Part shown: positions 1 to 10,900 of the stretch, piece after piece
Position numbering within the stretch: the stretch's first letter is position 1
How the letters are laid out: each line of letters opens with the position of its first letter
IMG/VR virus record: IMGVR_UViG_2597489997_000001
Coordinates: 128,001-192,000 of that record
DNA: 64,000 nt
From: a virus
Taxonomy: Duplodnaviria; Caudoviricetes
Reading direction: 5' to 3' (one strand)
Notes under the pieces: generated by a model
Told to the model about the DNA's origin: nothing
The model's database searches: none
What the model saw: only the letters and a program-made list of their open reading frames with translations
Made by a program: the position numbers and the translations under genes

Positions 1-2
1 CA

Positions 3-185
3 CACGTTAAAGAAGGTCTTCAGAAAGCCCACAAAGGTAAACTGGAAGATCTGGGTATTAACAACCTTAAAGACTGGCCAATGGCTACTGATGACGATAT
101 TCAAGGTGACTCTACCGAAATCATCGTCAACATGCATGTCTTGAAAGAAGCTATCCGTGGATTTGCTCGTGGTGACTGGCGCTAA
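3..185 (+). CDS. 3' end of upstream virion gene (baseplate/tail-fibre family), partial
   Basis: Open frame from window edge, HVKEGLQKAHKGKLEDLGINNLKDWPMAT...; resembles the H..AHG..K..(I/V)GL...DN(F/W)..AT motif of the three following genes. Confidence 0.65.
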   Translation, partial: HVKEGLQKAHKGKLEDLGINNLKDWPMATDDDIQGDSTEIIVNMHVLKEAIRGFARGDWR

Positions 186-195
186 ATCATAAACT

Positions 196-225
196 CTTAA
201 CCGGAATCTTCGGGTTCCGGTTAAG
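196..225 (+). promoter_or_regulatory. cUUCGg stem-loop between genes, no U-tract
   Basis: CTTAACCGGAATC-TTCG-GGTTCCGGTTAAG. Confidence 0.75.
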
Positions 226-243
226 TAACTCAAGGTTACTCTA

Positions 244-3200
244 ATGATCAAAGAAGATATTCCTCTTTATAAGTTAGACCTTACAGGTACTGACAAGTAT
301 AACAGAGTTGACCACGAATATGGATACCGAAGAGAAGTAAAGAACAACAACATCGTAATCCCTCCTAAAGGTCCTTTCTACCAGAAGTCATTTAAGATGT
401 ATGGTAAAGATGGTCAACCTTTAACTATGGATAAGGATTGGGAGTTCTACGGGATCATGGGTAAGTTAACCCAGTTCACCGGTAAACCCGTTGGCCTCTT
501 TATTCGTATCCTTGATGACTCAATTACCGAATGGTATTGGGATTATCAAGTAGTGGGTAACTTTAATAAGATCACCAATGAAATCCTCAATATGCTTCAC
601 AGCATTTATGAAGATGACCGTTTTGTTCATTGGGATAATATCGAAAACAAACCACTGTGGTTCATTCCTGAAATCCACCAACATGATCTTGCTTATGAGA
701 TCTACGGATTTACTGACCTGGTTAAAGAACTGAGTCGTATTTCCGAAATGGAAGTGACGATGTTGCGTGCTGACGCAATCATCATTAAACAGTTGCAGGA
801 TAACCTGGACTATTACATCGAAGGCTTCAAGAAGGTACTCAAAGATCTGATTGACAGTCACGATCGTAATAAGAAAGATGCTCACGGTGTACGTAAACAA
901 CACATCGGTCTTGACCTGGTCGATAACTTCGCTACAGCGACTCTAGAGGAAACTCTGGACGGGTTACGTGATGATCTTCACATTACCCCTTATAACGCTG
1001 CACGTGCCGCAGAAGCTGCCGCAGGTCGAAATGAGCGACTGTTCCCATCAGGTTCTTTACCTATCCTGCGTTATGGGTCTGATACATTTATACCTCCAAC
1101 TATCATGGGTAGCTTTGAAGGTTTAGGTGGGATAACCTCACGTTGTGGCGCCATTGTTGAAAACGACGGTACATTGCTTATTCTTAAGCACCGTAACAAT
1201 GGTAAAATCCGTGGCCTGTATTTCACACGCTGTTCTAACTGGCAATCGGGCACTCCTAACTATGAGTTTACCTCTTATGTCTATCAGCACCCAACTGCCA
1301 CGGCAGCAGGTGCAGTATTAGATAGCATCATCGGTGGGTCTAACCAATATGTGATGGTTGTGGGTGACTCTAAGAAGAACCTGTGGTGGTGGGCAGAAAC
1401 TCACGGTACCTTTAACCCAGATGCACACGTCTTGATTCCATTCACAGGACAGTGGACGTCGGCTGATATGGATCCGGCAGCTAACACCCCTGCTGACATT
1501 TATAACTATCAAGGTTTGGCTTCTGTTTGTGCTGACGCTAACTATAAAGAACGTTGGTGTATTGTTCAAGGTTACCCGCTGAATAAAATCTGTGAACGTT
1601 TCCGTCAAGGTGTCATTCCCGATTACGATACGTTAGGAACTTTGGCTTGGGGCGGCGGTGCTGTTATCAATGGTGGGTTCAGTATCAACGTTGTCACCGG
1701 TAATACCATTCAACGCGTCCCTATTGATTACACCCATCCGGTATTTGGTAAGTTCAATGATAACTTCTGGACTCCACATTGGCCAGAAATAGTCGTTGAG
1801 GGTAATGTAAGAAAGATTAAATCTTATTACGCGAATTACCAACCCATGGCAAGATCCGTCCAGACGTATAACTCACCTCGTGCTTTCTGGGGTAAATTGA
1901 GCGGGTCTGGTTATGGTCTTCGAATTGATGCGTATTCCCGTGAATTTACTTTTAGTGGGGTGAACGTCGGCAGGGTAATGTCGATGAAAGCCAAAGTCGA
2001 GTTCGTGGATGTTAACGGTACTTTGACAGCTAAAATTACATCTGTTCCAGGTCAGGATAAGTTATGGACGATTAACCCTGAGGATACCACGGCGACACAA
2101 CTTGAGTGGATTGATTATATCAAGAACTGCACCACCCAGCTTCAATATGTTTCTCAAGATCAGACAGGTCTTGTTCAAATTGGTAGTGGGGTTGGATTTG
2201 GATTGTCAGGTACTGGTAACGTTTCATTCCCTCCAGCATACTCGGCCTTTAAAGCCAGGTTTATGGAATCGGGCGATGACCTCCTGACCCAGGATTATGA
2301 TTCAGCCAACATTACTTACTTCCATCGTTCGTATCGTGAAAACGAACTTAACCCTATAGGTATGGGTTCAATGTTTGCCTCTCAACGTTTCATCGTTGGA
2401 GACTACAAAAACCCAATGACCGCAGGGATAATGGTTCGCCAGTTGAAAGTTGGTAATAACCGACCTGATGGGTATCTGGAATGGTTCTATCGTCCAGTCA
2501 ACTACATGAACACCAACTATGACCACGTCCCGCCTACTCAAGTGTCGACCTTCAACGGCAATGCGATGAAGCACTACCCATTTGTTTCTGATGGGGGGAT
2601 TGTTCAGGGCCTTGGGTTCCAAATGCCGTTGATGATGCAACTTCCTACACCCGGTGCCCCGATTACCAGAAATCAGGAATTACTCAAGTATATCTGTGGA
2701 GCCAGTTCCGGTAGTCGGTTAATGGGCATCACTGATTACAATGAACTTCCAGCAGGCTATCCGGCTGTTCCCATGACGGACTATAAGTTGGTGTGGGAGA
2801 TCACGTCAACCATGTCTGGTAAGTCACCAGTATTCAGCCCGGTTAGTGTGGTCGACATCAGATCACTCATTGGCGCAAATGGATCAGTAGCCAATATGTT
2901 TAAAGCAGCTGGTTACACTCAAGCTGAAATAGACATGACCTGGGTTATGGTCAGAGTTATCAGTCCATCTGGTCAAATGCACGCCATCTGGAAAGTATTC
3001 CGTGTCAAAGCAGATACGATGGAAATCGAATCAGGTGTGTTGGTTACTACCCTAACTGTATCGGGATATACCGCTCCAGCTCCTGGCGTCGTCTATGGGA
3101 CGTATTCTGGTGTTGCAGCAACTCAGCTCTCGCAGGTTCATAAAACCATCAGCGAAGCAAATGCTGTCGGTGTGATTTACACCCTGCCTAAATATGACAG

Positions 3201-3984
3201 GGCCGTGGGTAACACTCCGGGCTATGGTTGGTGTGTGCCGTTCAAGAAACGTCAAACTCCTATCGATGCAGATACTTATACTGTACAGATCGTTCCCGAT
3301 TGTCGTTGGCAGTCGCCAGGTGGACAGACCATGTCACCTAGTACCGTTGAGATTTCTGCCGATGGTCGTACCATCCTTAACCATACCCGTGTCAACACAC
3401 CTGAATGGGGTGCTGATAGCGGTGATACACCAATGCCTTATTACGGTCGTGGTTACGCTGGTCAAGGTCAAAACATTTTCGAAGGGGCAGCAATATCGTG
3501 TTCTGTTAACAGTTACACGACTAACGTGTTCCAAGAAATCTTCCGTGGTCAGTATGAATCACAAATGGTAGTGGGAATGAGTAACATCCTTATCCCGCAA
3601 TATACCATTTATTTCAGTGAGATGAGGAATATCCTACTAGCTGGTAAAATGTATGATATCCCTGCGACATATATCGATTTGTTGGTTCAGGATCCAGCTC
3701 CTCAGAATAAGACGTATTACGTTTACCTTACTTATTCTGGTGGTAAAGCTGAGTACTCTACTTCAACAGAGATTAGACCAGAAACAGCCGCGCAATCTAT
3801 GATTGCTAAAGTTCTTTGTGGACCTACTCAGATCGATAACATTCTCCCGTATAACCGATTCTCTATGGATGGTGCTTCGATTAGTGCAGTCCGTCAGGGT
3901 TCGAGCATTCTTGCTTCCTCTGGCTCATTGTACGAAATTGGTAACACAGATAACATCTTGCTTGATAGTGATTTTATCCCGTAA
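244..3984 (+). CDS. Large virion baseplate/tail-fibre protein, paralog 1
   Basis: 1246 aa; shares W..I..KP...HxH, HG..K..GL..DN..TAT and PP.I.GSFEGLGG blocks and the C-terminal domain with the next ORF; structural-module context. Confidence 0.75.
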   Translation: MIKEDIPLYKLDLTGTDKYNRVDHEYGYRREVKNNNIVIPPKGPFYQKSFKMYGKDGQPLTMDKDWEFYGIMGKLTQFTGKPVGLFIRILDDSITEWYWDYQVVGNFNKITNEILNMLHSIYEDDRFVHWDNIENKPLWFIPEIHQHDLAYEIYGFTDLVKELSRISEMEVTMLRADAIIIKQLQDNLDYYIEGFKKVLKDLIDSHDRNKKDAHGVRKQHIGLDLVDNFATATLEETLDGLRDDLHITPYNAARAAEAAAGRNERLFPSGSLPILRYGSDTFIPPTIMGSFEGLGGITSRCGAIVENDGTLLILKHRNNGKIRGLYFTRCSNWQSGTPNYEFTSYVYQHPTATAAGAVLDSIIGGSNQYVMVVGDSKKNLWWWAETHGTFNPDAHVLIPFTGQWTSADMDPAANTPADIYNYQGLASVCADANYKERWCIVQGYPLNKICERFRQGVIPDYDTLGTLAWGGGAVINGGFSINVVTGNTIQRVPIDYTHPVFGKFNDNFWTPHWPEIVVEGNVRKIKSYYANYQPMARSVQTYNSPRAFWGKLSGSGYGLRIDAYSREFTFSGVNVGRVMSMKAKVEFVDVNGTLTAKITSVPGQDKLWTINPEDTTATQLEWIDYIKNCTTQLQYVSQDQTGLVQIGSGVGFGLSGTGNVSFPPAYSAFKARFMESGDDLLTQDYDSANITYFHRSYRENELNPIGMGSMFASQRFIVGDYKNPMTAGIMVRQLKVGNNRPDGYLEWFYRPVNYMNTNYDHVPPTQVSTFNGNAMKHYPFVSDGGIVQGLGFQMPLMMQLPTPGAPITRNQELLKYICGASSGSRLMGITDYNELPAGYPAVPMTDYKLVWEITSTMSGKSPVFSPVSVVDIRSLIGANGSVANMFKAAGYTQAEIDMTWVMVRVISPSGQMHAIWKVFRVKADTMEIESGVLVTTLTVSGYTAPAPGVVYGTYSGVAATQLSQVHKTISEANAVGVIYTLPKYDRAVGNTPGYGWCVPFKKRQTPIDADTYTVQIVPDCRWQSPGGQTMSPSTVEISADGRTILNHTRVNTPEWGADSGDTPMPYYGRGYAGQGQNIFEGAAISCSVNSYTTNVFQEIFRGQYESQMVVGMSNILIPQYTIYFSEMRNILLAGKMYDIPATYIDLLVQDPAPQNKTYYVYLTYSGGKAEYSTSTEIRPETAAQSMIAKVLCGPTQIDNILPYNRFSMDGASISAVRQGSSILASSGSLYEIGNTDNILLDSDFIP

Positions 3985-4047
3985 TAACTAAACAAAACTA
4001 GTGGGGCGATCTTTTGATCGTTCCATTAGTTTATTATCGAGGTTTAG

Positions 4048-7000
4048 ATGAAAGATATTGAAATTATCGACATCGACTATTCTGCCACGGACCCTCTTTA
4101 TAAGAAAGAGGATGATGTTGAAATCGCAAAAATCTCTGGGCCTTTTATAGTGCCTGAAGAAGGCCCTATTTATCAAGACTCCGTAAGGGTCATCGGGAAT
4201 AGCGGTTTAGATTTAATCCCTGGTACGGATTTCGAATGTGTCGAACCAGTAACTGACTTAACCCAAGTCACTGGCAAAGCTGTACACTTATATGTAGAGC
4301 TGAAAGACCATATCGTTGCTTCTGGTGGTAAAGTTAAACTGATCTACCAGCGTGTCGGTAAGCCGGTTATTTCAGTTAAGACACTTCTGAAGATGTTGGA
4401 AGAAATGGTAATTGAAGGGAAATCCATTGACTGGGAAACACAGGTCACTGGTAAACCTTTAACATATCCTCCAGCGTGGCACAGTCACGATATTCAGAAC
4501 AGTAAAGAGCTGGTAGGTTTTGGTGGTTTGGTAGAGCTATTCTCTCGTCTCACTTGGGAACATAAAGAGAGTGGTGAAAAGATGAAGGAACTCATCGAAG
4601 AACTCCAGACCAAAGTGTACGACCGCCTTAACTACATTCAAAAACTGAAGTGGGGTGCCATCATGGCCCACATCAGAAACTATAAAAACCCACACGGTGT
4701 TGTTCCAGCTAACGTTGATGCAGGTAACATTGCTAACAACGCAACTGCAACTCCACAGCAGGATTTGGAAGGTACTCGTACCGACCTATACTCAACGCCT
4801 AAAGGTTTCCGTCAGGCAATTGAGAACGCTGAACCGGTATCTGAAGAATACATCGCTCAGAACGAATTACCATTTGGTTATTATGGTTCTGGGATTTACC
4901 TCCCTCCTCCAATCACAGGTTCGTTTGAAGGTCTGGGTGGTGACGTAGAAAACTCAGCATTCTGTTTGGAAGGTAACGGTTGGTTAGTTGGGTTAATCCG
5001 TGCTTACGATGGTCGTGTTAAAAACCTGTACTATGTTTACAACATGGACTTCAGAGACACTAACCAGACTCGTAGCCCTTGGCTGAACACCTACGCCAAA
5101 TATGATCACCCGGTAACTGGACCAGAACCCACGGATCCAAACGCGCCACCTAAAAAGAATATCAACTTTATTATATCGGGTTCTAACGACTCTGTTATAA
5201 TGGTAGGTTCTCAGGACTCAGGCACCGGCATGGTTGATAATCCTGATAAGTGGTGGATTGGGGTTTCTAACTCAACGTTTGACCCAAACAGCCATACGTT
5301 GAAACCTTTGAACATGGCTGCTATTATGGCCGCTTGTCCTCAGAAGAATCTTACTCCAGGGCATACCACAGTTTCCCATGTAGGTGATTGGGTTTACTTA
5401 TTAGTGGGTCAGGACTCTTTCGAAGGTGACAGTTTAGCTCCGGGCACCGACTATCTTAATTCGCCATCTAACTATCAGGTAAGGATGTTTAGGGTCCCTT
5501 ATAAGGACTTGCTGGATACATCTAAGTTGACTATTAATTTTGTTCCGGTCAATGTAACCTTTGATAACGCGGATCGTCTTCATCGTACTAACCAGGTTGC
5601 TTTCTTCCCAGCCCAGATTAAACGCCCTACTGGCGGCGATCCATATGAAATCACGGGTACCGTTGTCAACTTCACAGCCAAGGTTAGAAACGCATACCTT
5701 AACCGTAAGCTTCAGTTCTTTATTGTTCCTAATCCCAACAATACGAGAATGGCCAAGATGAAAGTCTTGTGCATGCCTTATCAGATATATTACGATCCGG
5801 TACTTGAAGCGTCACGTGGTTTCCAAGCTAACGTCATGATGAGTTACGATTGGGATGTGGCTGCCAACACTATGTCTCTCGACAGTCATTGGATTAAACC
5901 TACCTACGACTCATTAACGGGAAATGTGGTTAACCCTACTCAGGTCCATAACGATTATATCGAAAGTGGTTACTGGGCATGGCACGCTTCTCGATTTGCG
6001 AACGTAGCTGGTTCCTGGGTTCCTGGTTTCGGATTTGTGTCAATGGGTTCTTCTCAGGCTGGTGTTCCTCCGTTTACCTTTGCTTTATCAAGGATAAACA
6101 GGGGCGATGATCCAGCTCAAGACTACGACCATTTCTCTAACTTGCCGATTAACTGGAGTGATAGCGCTGGGGTATTCAACAGCCGTCAGGCTATATTCAG
6201 GATGCGTTCTCCGTTTGGTGTTGCAGGTTTCCCTCGTCACTACAGTCAGTTGTATGCAATGACCGATGGAGTACGTCAATGGCCAATTGAGATATTCTCG
6301 GCTGAGAACGAGGACCAACGTCAACAAACCTTCTACCGTATAACTGAAGGCGGCGCTGATGATAACTATATCTACCGTGACTCATTGAAGTCCAAGTACA
6401 TCCCTACACAAATTAGAGGTCGTAAGACTAACTCTAGTTTTGGCGTGGTAAAAGGACTTAACTACAATGTGGGTTACGTTAACCGCCCTAGACGAGCTAA
6501 CGCCACATCCAGAGGTACTGGATTGATCAGTTGGAAACGACTAAAGGTCCATACTAATCCGGGCGCCCCTTATGAGTTTGGTCAAACAACCAACTATGAT
6601 GGTAATGTGGTAGCTTCAGTTCAAGAGCCGGACGGAAGTCTGTTGGTTAACCTTGATGTAGACTATACCCTGGATCCAGTTGCAAGAACCATATACTGTA
6701 AAGCAAATAAGCTTAAGCAGGTTCGTCTACCTCGTTCATTCTGGGTGGATATGGTCATGCAGGCGCTAGGATCTCATGCCAATGAGCTGATTGATATCGC
6801 CACTAGCTTCTTCATTAACAGAGAGCCTGGAAATAACGCAGATCAAGCTACATCAATGTGGCAGTGTACCTACCATGTTAAATCATCTCCTAGTCGTACA
6901 AGGATGATTATTGGCACCTTTACCTGGGATGTTGCCAGTACGGGTGGTGATGGGATTCGTGTACTGCGTCCAGTCGGGATGAGTTATCCATTTAACGCTA

Positions 7001-7872
7001 AAGCCACAGGTCTCGAAGGTAACTTACTTCGTCCTGGTTCTGCTGATAACACAGTAGTGAATGGACACCATGCTGTCAATGCAGATGGTTCATGGGGTTA
7101 TGTCGAACTTAACTCAGGGCTTGAAGTTAAAGCACAGAACATCCAGATCTTGGACTTTGATGCCGAAGGCCCAAAAGCAAGGGAACAGATTTGGGGACCT
7201 GGTGTAAGAATAGCCACGCCTGGTAACGCCAGCTCAATGAGAGTCTGTTATAGATTCAGGTCTGGTGCTGTTGCCGAAGCTAGCGTGATGTGGGTAAGTG
7301 GTCAGGCATTTAACGCCGAATACAACAACATTGTCTTTGCTAACAAGGACTACGGTTGGATGTACGGTGTAGCTCCACAGATATCAGGTGGTGCGATGGA
7401 TCTCCTATACCCATGGTCCGGAACATACAGAGATCAGCCAACACCTGGCGACTTCTATGTAATGAACGGTGCTACTTACGTTGAGGGCAACTGGTCGATA
7501 TTCATTAACGCTGATGTCCTTGTGACCTTTAATGGTTACAGCATGACAGCTAAGATGACTAACTGGGATCTCCGCGATCTTACCGATGTGTACAGGAGTC
7601 AGATATTCTATATCTACTGCTTCGCCAATGGTTCTGTTGCGGAATATGAGATAACTAAAATCCTTAGACACCATAACTCTAATGGAATTTTAGTTGCCAC
7701 AGTGAGAACGAACGAGCTGGGTATTTTCAGTATTACCCACCGTCAGAGTTTCACTATTAGTGGTTTCCCATTAACCCGTTTACCTGACATGGGTGTTCCA
7801 GTATCCTCTGGTGCTCTTACTGAGCAAGGTACTTATCGATTCTTGAAACGTACTGATCTGTATCAAAACTAA
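4048..7872 (+). CDS. Large virion baseplate/tail-fibre protein, paralog 2
   Basis: 1274 aa; GAGG RBS; YGSGIYLPPPITGSFEGLGG aligns with YGSDTFIPPTIMGSFEGLGG of paralog 1. Confidence 0.75.
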   Translation: MKDIEIIDIDYSATDPLYKKEDDVEIAKISGPFIVPEEGPIYQDSVRVIGNSGLDLIPGTDFECVEPVTDLTQVTGKAVHLYVELKDHIVASGGKVKLIYQRVGKPVISVKTLLKMLEEMVIEGKSIDWETQVTGKPLTYPPAWHSHDIQNSKELVGFGGLVELFSRLTWEHKESGEKMKELIEELQTKVYDRLNYIQKLKWGAIMAHIRNYKNPHGVVPANVDAGNIANNATATPQQDLEGTRTDLYSTPKGFRQAIENAEPVSEEYIAQNELPFGYYGSGIYLPPPITGSFEGLGGDVENSAFCLEGNGWLVGLIRAYDGRVKNLYYVYNMDFRDTNQTRSPWLNTYAKYDHPVTGPEPTDPNAPPKKNINFIISGSNDSVIMVGSQDSGTGMVDNPDKWWIGVSNSTFDPNSHTLKPLNMAAIMAACPQKNLTPGHTTVSHVGDWVYLLVGQDSFEGDSLAPGTDYLNSPSNYQVRMFRVPYKDLLDTSKLTINFVPVNVTFDNADRLHRTNQVAFFPAQIKRPTGGDPYEITGTVVNFTAKVRNAYLNRKLQFFIVPNPNNTRMAKMKVLCMPYQIYYDPVLEASRGFQANVMMSYDWDVAANTMSLDSHWIKPTYDSLTGNVVNPTQVHNDYIESGYWAWHASRFANVAGSWVPGFGFVSMGSSQAGVPPFTFALSRINRGDDPAQDYDHFSNLPINWSDSAGVFNSRQAIFRMRSPFGVAGFPRHYSQLYAMTDGVRQWPIEIFSAENEDQRQQTFYRITEGGADDNYIYRDSLKSKYIPTQIRGRKTNSSFGVVKGLNYNVGYVNRPRRANATSRGTGLISWKRLKVHTNPGAPYEFGQTTNYDGNVVASVQEPDGSLLVNLDVDYTLDPVARTIYCKANKLKQVRLPRSFWVDMVMQALGSHANELIDIATSFFINREPGNNADQATSMWQCTYHVKSSPSRTRMIIGTFTWDVASTGGDGIRVLRPVGMSYPFNAKATGLEGNLLRPGSADNTVVNGHHAVNADGSWGYVELNSGLEVKAQNIQILDFDAEGPKAREQIWGPGVRIATPGNASSMRVCYRFRSGAVAEASVMWVSGQAFNAEYNNIVFANKDYGWMYGVAPQISGGAMDLLYPWSGTYRDQPTPGDFYVMNGATYVEGNWSIFINADVLVTFNGYSMTAKMTNWDLRDLTDVYRSQIFYIYCFANGSVAEYEITKILRHHNSNGILVATVRTNELGIFSITHRQSFTISGFPLTRLPDMGVPVSSGALTEQGTYRFLKRTDLYQN

Positions 7873-7874
7873 AA

Positions 7875-7910
7875 AGAGATGGGGACTTCGGTCCCCTCTC
7901 TAAACAGGAG
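7875..7910 (+). promoter_or_regulatory. GGGAC-UUCG-GUCCC hairpin directly followed by AACAGGAG RBS
   Basis: Same cassette recurs on the minus strand at 52668-52692. Confidence 0.75.
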
Positions 7911-7916
7911 CAATCC

Positions 7917-10900
7917 ATGTATGTAGATCCTAATAAACCTCTTCCGCCTGCCGATACAAAGGAAGACTATCTTGGATCCGTTCTTAATGCTGTTATCGAT
8001 ATCAGTAATAAAAGAACAGAAACGCAAGGTACTCCAGAAGAGTATGAGGAGAAGATAGCCGATCAGCAATGGGAAGCTGATCAAAAGTTGGATGCCTTTT
8101 CTAAATGGGCTGATGACACTCTACTTGCCCACACTAATAAGAAAGGTGCGGTTCATGGAGAGACAAAGGCTTCGGTTGGTCTTAATCTAAAAGACAACTG
8201 GCGCATGGCTACTATTCCTGAGCATGAAGCTGGTCAAGCTAAGAACTTGTTCTGCCACCCATTCGGTTCGAAGAAACTAATCGAAGCACGTTTGGTTATC
8301 GATCCTAAGCGTTATATTCGTTCTCGCATTATTCCTATCGCTTCTGGCGGTCAGCTGGGTAACGTACCGCAATGGCCATTCAGTTGGGAAGAGGGTGAAA
8401 TCACTCAGTCCCTGGATGACCCGTTAGAGTTCTACGGTGAAACTCCGTGGCAGTTCTCTACCGATAACGGTGTGTTCCTTATTCCAGCACTGAACGGTGC
8501 AGATATCCTGACGCAGCACGTTGCTGACCCAGGTCGTCCTAAGCGCGCTGTAACGCCATTTGGCGGGACTAATATTCGTGTCTATAATAAGACCTTGGAT
8601 ATACGTCGTAGTCGTCCCTCTCTGCTGCGTGGGGAGAGTAGCGATGAACCAAGTAACTCTTTGATTAAAGGTTCCGCTCACCTGTTTGACAGGCACACAG
8701 CGTTCTATTGTGAGACTGACTACATTGGCGCCCGTGCATTTAACAAAGGTCGCTTACCGTTTGACGTTCTGACTAACAATGGCGTTACCAAGACAAACTG
8801 GGCCGGGATTCTGGAATCTCGTGAAGACATGTTGTACAACATCAATACAACCATGTTTAACGGAAACCTATCTGGCTGGGGTGACGACATTTACCTCATC
8901 TTTGAAATCGGAATGTGGCAATTCAGTCAGACCGGTTTAGATTCCAAAAATGGTTCAGGTCGTCCTGCTGAAACTATTGCTTCTTTAGGTACTAAGGTTG
9001 AGACATTAACCTTCACAGTTCCTGGTAACGGTAAATTCCGTATCCTGAAGCGCGCTGGTAAGTTGGACGCTATTGCAGTTAAGTTCCGTGATATACTGAA
9101 CTATAATGCAGCAGATAAAGATTTGCTGTGGAACCAGTTTAACCATGCTCACTTTACTCACGTAGCCTTTACTTGGCGTAACCGTTTGAAAGGTGACTTC
9201 GCTCTCCGTGTTCCTGTTGGTTTCAGTAGTAAAGATGGTGCTTATTACACCAACTACTATATGGACATCAACTGTCTGATTAAAGAGAACATGGCGACTA
9301 AGTCAGCCACTGTGGTATTCAATACTCTTCGTGAAGTGGATACGAACATTCAGACATTGAACGCTAACTTCCAGGTTACTGCCACAGGTCGTTTCGTTCA
9401 ATACGCCTATAACGTCAAAGGTGATATCTTCCACCCATTGGTGTTTAACGGGACGTTTGAATCTCAAGGTGGTCACGTCAAGGCGTACACGTTCTATAAC
9501 CGTCAGTATGTCGGTTACTATGAACACAACGTTGATGGAGTAGGTACTTGGATCGCTAATGGCGATAACATCAAACCTACCTTGGTTAAGTACAACTACA
9601 GCCAGATCTCCAACCTGAACCAAGATGGGATGTACGGTGACCACTTACGCCATATCCCTGTGAAAGCAAATACTGACGGGACAACCGACTATCTGGTTTA
9701 CAGTCGTGACTGGCGACATCAGTATCGGTGGTGCGTGGTTAATGTTAAGACGGACACCGCTCCTGAAATGCTGACCAGTACAGGTCACCACTTAGGTCCA
9801 TGGCGTAATAAGGTTGAATGGATTAAACCAAGTCAATCAGCGTTACCTTCATTCTTAATTTCCAATGAAGAGAACTCGACTGTCTTTGATACCAGTGCTC
9901 TGGTGTTTAACACACAGAACGCATTCAAAGGCTTCGCTCGGTTTGGTGTTGATGTTTCCAATGCCGCTAATCCAGTTCAGCCTATGGACGAGGTTGATAT
10001 CGATGACCCAATCCTGACTTGGATTGCTAATAATGGTGGTCGTTGGTCTAAAAGTCACAAACAGATGTTCTATTTCAAGAACAGACTGTTCTGGGTTTCT
10101 CAGACTACCGATGTGAGTGAAGTTAAAGCAGATGGTACCGACACGTATTACGGTTGGATCGCTGACTGCTATCTGGACGTCGTAGGTGACAAACGCATTA
10201 TTAAAGTCAGTGGTGCTCTTGCTGACAAAGGTGTTGCTAAGCCACTCAAGGTAAACCTCAAAACCAGTCTTGCTGTTAAGTCTTCGGAAGTAACAGGTTG
10301 GGATGCTTTTGATTCAACAGACGTTTACACGATGCTGATGAGTCAGACGGGTTCCAGAACAAGTTACCTGGTTATGATGAACCTCGCTCCATTTAACAAC
10401 TTCTACTTCGAATTCAAACTGGATATCGATACCGCACTAGCAACAACATCATTCGCTCCATTGAGCACAGGTGCTGTGGATCCAGTGTTCCCTTACGACC
10501 CTACCAATGGGTTCCAGGTAGATTACGACGCAATTACAGGTTACGGTAAGATCGCACCACACCGCTTCCACGTAAACTTCCAGACACCAGTTATGCTGAA
10601 GAAAGCCATGTGGGCATTCAGAAAGACACCTGGTCACTACGGACTGTTTTCACAATCAATCGGGTTTACTGTCGCTGAAGGTGGAGTCATGAACTCTATC
10701 GAAGGGACGCCTATTTATCCCGTTGGTTCTGTCGTAACTATTGGTGGATCTAACGTGGTTGTTAAATCACCAATCAGTGCCGCACAGTCTCAGTTCGGTG
10801 GAGACGAGGAACTACTGATTAAGCAATACGGTAGCTCTGATCCTTCTTTGACCTCTCCTGATGGTCTGACTCTTTACGGAGTTAAGAACAACTACGGGTT

